Below, piece by piece: positions 1-12,343 of a DNA stretch of 45,966 nt. The translations under genes and the position numbers were made by a program. This DNA comes from Nemertoderma westbladi. Taxonomy: Eukaryota; Animalia; Xenacoelomorpha. Location of the stretch: contig JAUCBJ010008900.1 in the NCBI GenBank assembly GCA_032718475.1, positions 1 through 45,966 on the forward strand, given 5' to 3'. The notes under the pieces are model-generated. The model saw only the letters and a list, made by a program, of their open reading frames with translations. It ran no database searches and was not told the DNA's origin. Numbering within the stretch: position 1 is the first letter of the stretch; every line of letters starts with the position of its first letter.

Positions 1-3000
1 CCCTTATTTAATTATATTTCATTAACTCACTCACAACTGGCTACGTTGTTGTTCTCCCTTATTTAATTATATTTCATTAACTCACTCACAACTGGCTACG
101 TTGTTGTCTCCCTTATTTAATTATATTTCATTAACTCACTCACAACTGGCTACGTTGTTGTCTCCCTTATTTAATTATATTTCATTAACTCACTCACAAC
201 TGGCTACGTTGTTGTCTCCCTTATTTAATTATATTTCATTAACTCACTCACAACTGGCTACGTTGTTGTCTCTCCTTATTTAATTATATTTCATTAACTC
301 ACTCACAACTGGCTACGTTGTTGTCTCCCTTATTTAATTATATTTCATTAACTCACTCACAACTGGCTACGTTGTTGTCTCCCTTATTTAATTATATTTC
401 ATTAACTCACTCACAACTGGCTACGTTGTTGTCTCCCTTATTTAATTATATTTCATTAACTCACTCACAACTGGCTACGTTGTTGTCTCCTCCTTATTTA
501 ATTATATTTCATTAACTCACTCACAACTGGCTACGTTGTTGTCTCCCTTATTTAATTATATTTCATTAACTCACTCACAACTGGCTACGTTGTTGTCTCC
601 CTTATTTAATTATATTTCATTAACTCACTCACAACTGGCTACGTTGTTGTCTCCCTTATTTAATTATATTTCATTAACTCACTCACAACTGGCTACGTTG
701 TTGTCTCTCCTTATTTAATTATATTTCATTAACTCACTCACAACTGGCTACGTTGTTGTCTCCCTTATTTAATTATATTTCATTAACTCACTCACAACTG
801 GCTACGTTGTTGTCTCCCTTATTTAATTATATTTCATTAACTCACTCACAACTGGCTACGTTGTTGTCTCCCTTATTTAATTATATTTCATTAACTCACT
901 CACAACTGGCTACGTTGTTGTCTCCTTATTTAATTATATTTCATTAACTCACTCACAACTGGCTACGTTGTTGTTCTCCCTTATTTAATTATATTTCATT
1001 AACTCACTCACAACTGGCTACGTTGTTGTCTCCCTTATTTAATTATATTTCATTAACTCACTCACAACTGGCTACGTTGTTGTTCTCCTTATTTAATTAT
1101 ATTTCATTAACTCACTCACAACTGGCTACGTTGTTGTCTCCCTTATTTAATTATATTTCATTAACTCACTCACAACTGGCTACGTTGTTGTTCTCCTTAT
1201 TTAATTATATTTCATTAACTCACTCACAACTGGCTACGTTGTTGTCTCCCTTATTTAATTATATTTCATTAACTCACTCACAACTGGCTACGTTGTTGTC
1301 TCCCTTATTTAATTATATTTCATTAACTCACTCACAACTGGCTACGTTGTTGTTCTCCTTATTTAATTATATTTCATTAACTCACTCACAACTGGCTACG
1401 TTGTTGTTCTCCTTATTTAATTATATTTCATTAACTCACTCACAACTGGCTACGTTGTTGTTCTCCTTATTTAATTATATTTCATTAACTCACTCACAAC
1501 TGGCTACGTTGTTGTCTCCCTTATTTAATTATATTTCATTAACTCACTCACAACTGGCTACGTTGTTGTTCTCCCTTATTTAATTATATTTCATTAACTC
1601 ACTCACAACTGGCTACGTTGTTGTTCCCTTATTTAATTATATTTCATTAACTCACTCACAACTGGCTACGTTGTTGTCTCCCTTATTTAATTATATTTCA
1701 TTAACTCACTCACAACTGGCTACGTTGTTGTCTCCCTTATTTAATTATATTTCATTAACTCACTCACAACTGGCTACGTTGTTGTCTCCTTATTTAATTA
1801 TATTTCATTAACTCACTCACAACTGGCTACGTTGTTGTCTCCCTTATTTAATTATATTTCATTAACTCACTCACAACTGGCTACGTTGTTGTCTCCCTTA
1901 TTTAATTATATTTCATTAACTCACTCACAACTGGCTACGTTGTTGTCTCCCTTATTTAATTATATTTCATTAACTCACTCACAACTGGCTACGTTGTTGT
2001 TCTCCTTATTTAATTATATTTCATTAACTCACTCACAACTGGCTACGTTGTTGTCTCCTTATTTAATTATATTTCATTAACTCACTCACAACTGGCTACG
2101 TTGTTGTTCTCCCTTATTTAATTATATTTCATTAACTCACTCACAACTGGCTACGTTGTTGTTCTCCTTATTTAATTATATTTCATTAACTCACTCACAA
2201 CTGGCTACGTTGTTGTTCTCCTTATTTAATTATATTTCATTAACTCACTCACAACTGGCTACGTTGTTGTTCTCCTTATTTAATTATATTTCATTAACTC
2301 ACTCACAACTGGCTACGTTGTTGTCTCCCTTATTTAATTATATTTCATTAACTCACTCACAACTGGCTACGTTGTTGTCTCCCTTAATTATATTTCATTA
2401 ACTCACTCACAACTGGCTACGTTGTTGTCTCCCTTATTTAATTATATTTCATTAACTCACTCACAACTGGCTACGTTGTTGTTCTCCTTATTTAATTATA
2501 TTTCATTAACTCACTCACAACTGGCTACGTTGTTGTCTCCCTTATTTAATTATATTTCATTAACTCACTCACAACTGGCTACGTTGTTGTCTCCCTTATT
2601 TAATTATATTTCATTAACTCACTCACAACTGGCTACGTTGTTGTCTCCCTTATTTAATTATATTTCATTAACTCACTCACAACTGGCTACGTTGTTGTCT
2701 CCCTTATTTAATTATATTTCATTAACTCACTCACAACTGGCTACGTTGTTGTTCTCCTTATTTAATTATATTTCATTAACTCACTCACAACTGGCTACGT
2801 TGTTGTCTCCTTATTTAATTATATTTCATTAACTCACTCACAACTGGCTACGTTGTTGTCTCCCTTATTTAATTATATTTCATTAACTCACTCACAACTG
2901 GCTACGTTGTTGTCTCCCTTATTTAATTATATTTCATTAACTCACTCACAACTGGCTACGTTGTTGTTCTCCTTATTTAATTATATTTCATTAACTCACT

Positions 3001-6000
3001 CACAACTGGCTACGTTGTTGTCTCCCTTATTTAATTATATTTCATTAACTCACTCACAACTGGCTACGTTGTTGTCTCCCTTTAATTATATTTCATTAAC
3101 TCACTCACAACTGGCTACGTTGTTGTTCTCCTTATTTAATTATATTTCATTAACTCACTCACAACTGGCTACGTTGTTGTTCTCCTTATTTAATTATATT
3201 TCATTAACTCACTCACAACTGGCTACGTTGTTGTCTCCTTATTTAATTATATTTCATTAACTCACTCACAACTGGCTACGTTGTTGTTCTCCTTATTTAA
3301 TTATATTTCATTAACTCACTCACAACTGGCTACGTTGTTGTTCTCCTTATTTAATTATATTTCATTAACTCACTCACAACTGGCTACGTTGTTGTTCTCC
3401 TTATTTAATTATATTTCATTAACTCACTCACAACTGGCTACGTTGTTGTTCTCCTTATTTAATTATATTTCATTAACTCACTCACAACTGGCTACGTTGT
3501 TGTCTCCCTTATTTAATTATATTTCATTAACTCACTCACAACTGGCTACGTTGTTGTCTCCTTATTTAATTATATTTCATTAACTCACTCACAACTGGCT
3601 ACGTTGTTGTTCTCCTTATTTAATTATATTTCATTAACTCACTCACAACTGGCTACGTTGTTGTCTCCCTTATTTAATTATATTTCATTAACTCACTCAC
3701 AACTGGCTACGTTGTTGTTCTCCTTATTTAATTATATTTCATTAACTCACTCACAACTGGCTACGTTGTTGTTCTCCTTATTTAATTATATTTCATTAAC
3801 TCACTCACAACTGGCTACGTTGTTGTCTCCCTTATTTAATTATATTTCATTAACTCACTCACAACTGGCTACGTTGTTGTCTCCTTATTTAATTATATTT
3901 CATTAACTCACTCACAACTGGCTACGTTGTTGTTCTCCTTATTTAATTATATTTCATTAACTCACTCACAACTGGCTACGTTGTTGTCTCCCTTATTTAA
4001 TTATATTTCATTAACTCACTCACAACTGGCTACGTTGTTGTTCTCCTTATTTAATTATATTTCATTAACTCACTCACAACTGGCTACGTTGTTGTCTCCC
4101 TTATTTAATTATATTTCATTAACTCACTCACAACTGGCTACGTTGTTGTCTCCCTTATTTAATTATATTTCATTAACTCACTCACAACTGGCTACGTTGT
4201 TGTTCTCCTTATTTAATTATATTTCATTAACTCACTCACAACTGGCTACGTTGTTGTCTCCCTTATTTAATTATATTTCATTAACTCACTCACAACTGGC
4301 TACGTTGTTGTTCTCCTTATTTAATTATATTTCATTAACTCACTCACAACTGGCTACGTTGTTGTCTCCCTTATTTAATTATATTTCATTAACTCACTCA
4401 CAACTGGCTACGTTGTTGTCTCCCTTATTTAATTATATTTCATTAACTCACTCACAACTGGCTACGTTGTTGTCTCCTTATTTAATTATATTTCATTAAC
4501 TCACTCACAACTGGCTACGTTGTTGTCTCCCTTATTTAATTATATTTCATTAACTCACTCACAACTGGCTACGTTGTTGTTCTCCTTATTTAATTATATT
4601 TCATTAACTCACTCACAACTGGCTACGTTGTTGTTCTCCTTATTTAATTATATTTCATTAACTCACTCACAACTGGCTACGTTGTTGTTCTCCTTATTTA
4701 ATTATATTTCATTAACTCACTCACAACTGGCTACGTTGTTGTTCTCCTTATTTAATTATATTTCATTAACTCACTCACAACTGGCTACGTTGTTGTCTCC
4801 CTTATTTAATTATATTTCATTAACTCACTCACAACTGGCTACGTTGTTGTTCTCCTTATTTAATTATATTTCATTAACTCACTCACAACTGGCTACGTTG
4901 TTGTTCTCCTTATTTAATTATATTTCATTAACTCACTCACAACTGGCTACGTTGTTGTCTCCCTTATTTAATTATATTTCATTAACTCACTCACAACTGG
5001 CTACGTTGTTGTTCTCCTTATTTAATTATATTTCATTAACTCACTCACAACTGGCTACGTTGTTGTTCTCCTTATTTAATTATATTTCATTAACTCACTC
5101 ACAACTGGCTACGTTGTTGTCTCCCTTATTTAATTATATTTCATTAACTCACTCACAACTGGCTACGTTGTTGTTCTCCTTATTTAATTATATTTCATTA
5201 ACTCACTCACAACTGGCTACGTTGTTGTCTCCCTTATTTAATTATATTTCATTAACTCACTCACAACTGGCTACGTTGTTGTTCTCCTTATTTAATTATA
5301 TTTCATTAACTCACTCACAACTGGCTACGTTGTTGTCTCCCTTATTTAATTATATTTCATTAACTCACTCACAACTGGCTACGTTGTTGTCTCCCTTATT
5401 TAATTATATTTCATTAACTCACTCACAACTGGCTACGTTGTTGTTCTCCTTATTTAATTATATTTCATTAACTCACTCACAACTGGCTACGTTGTTGTCT
5501 CCCTTATTTAATTATATTTCATTAACTCACTCACAACTGGCTACGTTGTTGTTCTCCTTATTTAATTATATTTCATTAACTCACTCACAACTGGCTACGT
5601 TGTTGTTCTCCTTATTTAATTATATTTCATTAACTCACTCACAACTGGCTACGTTGTTCTTCTCCTTATTTAATTATATTTCATTAACTCACTCACAACT
5701 GGCTACGTTGTTGTCTCCCTTATTTAATTATATTTCATTAACTCACTCACAACTGGCTACGTTGTTGTCTCCCTTATTTAATTATATTTCATTAACTCAC
5801 TCACAACTGGCTACGTTGTTGTTCTCCTTATTTAATTATATTTCATTAACTCACTCACAACTGGCTACGTTGTTGTTCTCCTTATTTAATTATATTTCAT
5901 TAACTCACTCACAACTGGCTACGTTGTTCTTCTCCTTATTTAATTATATTTCATTAACTCACTCACAACTGGCTACGTTGTTGTCTCCCTTATTTAATTA

Positions 6001-6225
6001 TATTTCATTAACTCACTCACAACTGGCTACGTTGTTGTCTCCCTTATTTAATTATATTTCATTAACTCACTCACAACTGGCTACGTTGTTGTTCTCCCTT
6101 ATTTAATTATATTTCATTAACTCACTCACAACTGGCTACGTTGTTGTCTCCCTTATTTAATTATATTTCATTAACTCACTCACAACTGGCTACGTTGTTG
6201 TCTCCCTTAATTATATTTCATTAAC
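1..6225. repeat. 54-bp satellite array 1 (~115 monomers; runs off the left edge)
   Basis: Monomer ttatttaattatatttcattaactcactcacaactggctacgttgttg(tctccc/ttctcc) repeated head-to-tail; ends at ...cattaac|ggttcgg (6225/6226). Confidence 0.99.
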
Positions 6226-6236
6226 GGTTCGGGGGG

Positions 6237-6640
6237 GGTCCCGTAAACTGCCACCGCGATCCCATCACGTGGCCATTTTATATACAATCACTTTAAATAA
6301 TATCTTCTCATAAGTATTATAAAGATTTTTTAACATATTAATAATCCTGAATTACGCGGCTTTCTAATGAGATATGAATCATAAAATTAGATTTAAAACA
6401 ACTCGAGTTATTAGCCGATATGTATCCGCCTTCCCTCACAAGAATTGCTATTCCCGGTCCCGTAAACTGCCACCGCAATCCCATTACGTGGCCATTTTAT
6501 ACACAATCTCTTTAAATAATATCTTCTCATAAGTATTATAAAGATTTTTTTACATATCAATAATCCTGAATAACGAGGCTTTCAAATGAACAATTAATCA
6601 TTAATTTCTGTTCATTATAACGCGACTTACAAACGGTTTA
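6237..6640. repeat. Two diverged direct copies of a ~219-bp unit
   Basis: ggtcccgtaaactgccaccgc.atcccat.acgtggccattttata.acaatc.ctttaaataatatcttctcataagtattataaagattttt occurs at 6237 and 6456. Confidence 0.9.
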
Positions 6641-6984
6641 AAACCCAACAGTAAGAATATTGTTCTTCAATTCATTATTTTTGCAATTAAATAAATAATT
6701 CAATTGGCCTGGAATGTAACTTCAACCAATGAGAGGCCTAGGATTCCCTTTACAAAGGATGTCTATGGGGACGACAGCTCCTTCAACACATGGAGTATAG
6801 GAGGGCAGCTAAAGCCGAGAATTAATTTAATTAATCGAATTAATCTATTTGTAAACTTATAGTTATTGTTTATATTTATAGGTGAGACTACATTTGAGAA
6901 TCTTACTCAATGCAGCTACTGCAACACACACACTATCAAGGAACGAGTTTCTGGCTGGAAAACGCAACTACTAAACTAAACTAA

Positions 6985-8355
6985 AATAAAAAATACCTTA
7001 ATCTCAGTAAAATATCAAAAAACGTTGTGTTTGAACGCCAATATCGCGAGAACTACCAATCACATGTAAAAACGGTTACTGTATTTGTAATCTGCGGTTA
7101 ATTTAACACTAAAAGAAGTATCACAAGATAACTTTTCTCTAAATGTTACAGAAACGGACTGGGAATAGTTATGTCTGCTTTTTCAATAAAAAATACCTTA
7201 AATTTCGTAAAATATCAAAAACCGTTGTGTTTGAACTCAAATATCGTGAGAACTACCAATCACATGTAAAAACGGTTACTGTATTTGGAATCTGCTGTTA
7301 ATTTAACACTAAAAGATGTATCACAAGATAACTTTTCTCTAAATGTTACAGAAACGGACTGGGAATAGTTATGTCTGCTTTTTCAATAAAAAATACCTTA
7401 AATCTCGTAAAATATCAAAAAACGTTGTGTTTGAACCCATATATCGCGAGAACTACAAATCACATGTAAAAACGGTTACTGTATTTGGAATCTGCGGTTA
7501 ATTTAACACTAAAAGAAGTATCACAAGATAACTTTTCTCTAAATGTTACAGAAACGGACTGGGAATAGTTATGTCTGCTTTTTCAATAAAAAATACCTTA
7601 AATTTCGTAAAATATCAAAAACCGTTGTGTTTGAACTCAAATATCGTGAGAACTACCAATCACATGTAAAAACGGTTACTGTATTTGGAATCTGCTGTTA
7701 ATTTAACACTAAAAGATGTATCACAAGATAACTTTTCTCTAAATGTTACAGAAACGGACTGGGAATAGTTATGTCTGCTTTTTCAATAAAAAATACCTTA
7801 AATCTCGTAAAATATCAAAAAACGTTGTGTTTGAACCCATATATCGCGAGAACTACAAATCACATGTAAAAACGGTTACTGTATTTGGAATCTGCGGTTA
7901 ATTTAACACTAAAAGAAGTATCACAAGATAACTTTTCTCTAAATGTTACAGAAACGGACTGGGAATAGTTATGTCTGCTTTTTCAATAAAAAATACCTTA
8001 AATTTCGTAAAATATCAAAAACCGTTGTGTTTGAACTCAAATATCGTGAGAACTACCAATCACATGTAAAAACGGTTACTGTATTTGGAATCTGCTGTTA
8101 ATTTAACACTAAAAGATGTATCACAAGATAACTTTTCTCTAAATGTTACAGAAACGGACTGGGAATAGTTATGTCTGCTTTTTCAATAAAAAATACCTTA
8201 AATCTCGTAAAATATCAAAAAACGTTGTGTTTGAACCCATATATCGCGAGAACTACAAATCATATGTAACAACGGTTACTGTATTTGGAATCTGCTGTTA
8301 ATTTAACACTAAAAGAAGTATCACAAGATAACTTTTCTCTAAATGTTACAGAAAC
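6985..8355. repeat. 200-bp tandem repeat (~6.8 copies) with 400-bp A/B dimeric higher-order structure
   Basis: aaatacctta recurs at 6991, 7191, 7391, 7591, 7791, 7991, 8191. Units alternate between ...gaactcaaatatcgtgag... and ...gaacccatatatcgcgag... Confidence 0.97.
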
Positions 8356-11105
8356 TCAATTTGAAAGTGACATATTGACACATTGACATTTTGGCAAAAT
8401 GACATGTCAAATGTCAATTCGAAAGTGACATTTTGGCAAAATGACATGTCAAAGTGTCAATTTGAAAGTGACATATTGACACATTGACATTTTGGCAAAA
8501 TGACATTTTGGCAAAAATGACATGTCAAAATGTCAATTTGAAAGTGACATTTTGGCAAAATGACATGTCAAAATGTCAATTTGAAAGTGACATTTTGGCA
8601 AAATGACAGGTCAAAATGTCAATTTGAAAGTTACATTTTGGCAAAATGACATGTCAAAGTGTCAATTTGAAAGTGACATATTGACACATTGACATTTTGG
8701 CAAAATGACATTTTGACAAAATGACATTTTGGCAAAATGACATGTCAAAATGTCAATTCGAAAGCGACATTTTGGCAAAATGACATGTCAAAATGTCAAT
8801 TTGAAAGTGACATTTTGGCAAAATGACATGTCAAAATGTCAATTTGAAGTGACATTTTGGCAAAATGACATGTCAAAATGTCAATTTGAAAGCGACATTT
8901 TGGCAAAATGACATGTCAAAATGTCAATTTGAAAGTGACATTTTGGCAAAATGACATGTCAAAATGTCAATTCGAAAGTGACATTTTGGCAAAATGACAT
9001 GTCAAAATGTCAATTTGAAAGTGACATATTGACACATTGACATTTTGGCAAAATGACATGTCAAAATGTCAATTTGAAGTGTCATTTTGGCAAAATGACA
9101 TGTCAAAATGTCAATTTGAAAGTGACATATTGACACATTGACATTTTGGCAAAATGACATGTCAAAATGTCAATTTGAAAGTTACATTTTGGCAAAATGA
9201 CATGTCAAAATGTCAATTTGAAGTGTCATTTTGGCAAAATGACATGTCAAAATGTCAATTTGAAAGTGACATATTGACACATTGACATTTTGGCAAAATG
9301 ACATGTCAAAATGTCAATTTGAAAGTTACATTTTGGCAAAATGACATGTCAAAGTGTCAATTTGAAAGTGACATATTGACAAATTGACATTTTGGCAAAA
9401 TCACATTTTGACAAAATGACATTTTGGCAAAATGACATGTCAAAATGTCAATTCGAAAGCGACATTTTGGCAAAATGACATGTCAAAATGTCAATTTGAA
9501 AGTGACATTTTGGCAAAATGACATGTCAAAATGTCAATTTGAAGTGACATTTTGGCAAAATGACATGTCAAAATGTCAATTTGAAATGACATTTTGACAA
9601 ATTGACATGTCAAATGTCGACTTGAAAATGACATATTGGCAAAATGACGACATGTCAAAATGTAAATTCGAAAGTGACATTTTGGCAAAGTGACATGTCA
9701 AATGTCAACTTGAAAGTGACATTTTGGCAAAATGACATGTCAAAATGTGAATTTGAAAGTGACATTTTGACAAAATGACATGTCAAAATGTCAATTCGAA
9801 AGTGACATTTTGGCAAAATGACATGTCAAAATGTCAATTTGAAAGTGACATTTTTGCAAAATGACATGTCAAAATGTCAACTTGAAAGTGACATTTTGGC
9901 AAAATGACATGTCAAAATGTCAATTTGAAAGTGACATTTTGACAAAATGACATGTCAAAATGTCAATTCGAAAGTGACATTTTGGCAAAATGACATGTCA
10001 AAATGTCAATTTGAAAGTGACATTTTTGCAAAATGACATGTCAAAATGTCAATTCGAAAGTGACATTTTGGCAAAATGACATGTCAAAATGTCAATTTGA
10101 AAGTGACATATTGACACATTGACATTTTGGCAAAATGACATGTCAAAATGTCAATTTGAAAGTTACATTTTGGCAAAATGACATGTCAAAGTGTCAATTT
10201 GAAAGTGACATATTGACACATTGACATTTTGGCAAAATGACATTTTGGCAAAATGACATGTCAAAATGTCAATTTGAAAGTGACATTTTGGCAAAATCAC
10301 ATGTCAAAATGTCAATTTGAAAGTGACATTTTGGCAAAATGACATGTCAAAATGTCAATTCGAAAGTGACATTTTGGCAAAATGACATGCCAAAATGTCA
10401 ATTTGAAAGTGACATTTTGACAAAATGACATATTGGCAAAATGACATGTCAAAATGTCAATTCGAAAGTGACATTTTGGCAAAATGACATGTCAAATGTC
10501 AACTTGAAAGTGACATTTTGGCAAAATGACATTTCAAATGTCAACTTGAAAATGACATTTTGGCAAAATGACATGTCAAAATATCAACTTGAAAGTGACA
10601 TTTTGGCAAAATGACATGTCAAAATGTCAATTCAAAAGTGACGGTTTGGCAAAATGACATGTCAAAATGTCATTCGAAAGTGACATTTTGGCAAAATGAC
10701 ATGTCAAAATGTCAATTCAAAAGTGACATTTTGTCAAAATGACATGTCAAAATGTCAATTTGAAAGTGACATTTTGGCAAAATGACATGTCAAAATGTCA
10801 ATTTGAAACTGACATTTTGGCAAAGTGACATGTCAGGTCAAAATGTCAATTCGAAAGTGACATTTTGGCAAAATTACATGTCAAAATGTCAATTTGAAAC
10901 TGAAATTTTGGCAAAATGACATGTCAAAATGTCAATTCGAAAGTGACATTTTGGCAAAATGACATGTCAAATGTCAATTTGAAAGTGACATTTTGGCAAA
11001 ATGAATGTCAAAATGTCTATTTGAAAGTGACATTTTGGCATAATGACATGTCAAAATGTCAATTTGATAGTGACATTTTGGTAAAATGACATGTCAAAAT
11101 GTCAA
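8356..11105. repeat. ~43-bp palindrome-rich minisatellite
   Basis: Unit tcaatttgaaagtgacattttggcaaaatgacatgtcaaaatg (e.g. 8533 to 8576), with optional 16-bp inserts such as tgacatattgacacat. Confidence 0.97.
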
Positions 11106-11511
11106 TAACCAATACCAATAACCAATATCGATAACCAATAACCAATATCAATAACCAATACCAATAACCAATATCGATAACCAATAACCAATATCAATAA
11201 CCAATACCAATAACCAATATCGATAACCAATAACCAATATCAATAACCAATATCAATAACCAATATCGATACCAATACCAATAACCAATATCAATAACCA
11301 CTAACCAATAATCAATATCAATAAACAATATCAATAACCAATATCAATAACCAATATCAATGCCAATAACTAATATCAATAACCAATAATCAATATCAAT
11401 AACCAATCTCTATAACCAATATCGATACCAATAATCAATATCAATAACCACTAACCAATAATCAATATCAATTACCAATATCGATAACCAATAACCAATA
11501 TCAATAACCAA
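11103..11511. repeat. Degenerate simple repeat built from caataac / caatac / caatat subunits
   Basis: aataaccaataccaataaccaatatcgataaccaat... continues for ~400 bp. Confidence 0.95.
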
Positions 11512-12343
11512 TTTCATCCACGTCAACCAAAGTTACAGGCCGCCAAAGTTTTCATTATTTTCAGAGTACACTACTGGTTTCTAAGCCACGCTCAGTCAGT
11601 AATCATCATGTCATTTTAGTAACGAAGAACTCTCATTCGTTCAAACGCTACCATTAGTTCAATGGTGGGGAGAAAGTTAGTATTTAAAATGCAAAATAAA
11701 CATAGAAAACTTGATCCTCAAGAGTAGCTAAAAAAAAAAAGTTGTACGCAAAATTCAATCTAGTTCCCGAATCTGTCACTTTCGCGCGATCAAACCCAAA
11801 ACTTTTCGAAATAATGTACAGGCAAAAATTCTGTGAAAAAGACAAACCATTATTCCCCTTCACTTAATGTTAAATCTATAATGGTTGAAGCTATTTTCCC
11901 TTTGTCTCCACAGAAACAGCGAATCAGAAGCTTTGTTGACATCCCAACCAACTCATCTTGCTAAACCCGGCTTTTTACAAAAAAATATCGCCTTTTAAGC
12001 TAGTTTTTATGCAAAAACTCCTATTATACTATCAAAAATTATATTCAAAATATATACATCTTATGGAATGCAACATGACGAGTCTCGTGGTATATTTACT
12101 TTTTCAAGAGATACTTAAATAAGCCCAATCCAACGTCATGTTCCTGTGTTTTCACTCTACATATCCATTCAAGATGGCGTCCATTCAAGGCAATATCCAA
12201 TCTAATTATGCTAATGAGTTCTTTACCATAGTCACTGCGTACAGGCGCATTGCATTGTTACCTTGCTAGCCATAGCCATCCATTATTATTACATTGACAC
12301 AACGTTCTTTAATACAACCACAGAGTTCATAGAGAGTTCACAG

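Larger units (their letters stand above)
6226..12343 (+). mobile_element. Putative non-autonomous repeat-laden element lying in register between the two 54-bp arrays
   Basis: It continues directly from the monomer's ...tttcattaac. It rejoins the satellite through a diverged tcacAGacaactAgctacgttgttgtct that forms a 7-bp hairpin (agacaac 12342-12348 / gttgtct 12359-12365). No coding capacity is seen; four internal tandem-repeat blocks are present. Confidence 0.45.

Noticed and set aside
6881-6980. Possible captured exon (tttatag|gt gag act...CSYC...)
   Set aside because: Only ~33 codons, with no recognisable family or partner exon.
11103-11511. Interstitial telomeric repeat
   Set aside because: C/A-rich strand bias, but units are irregular and match neither TTAGGG nor TTAGG.
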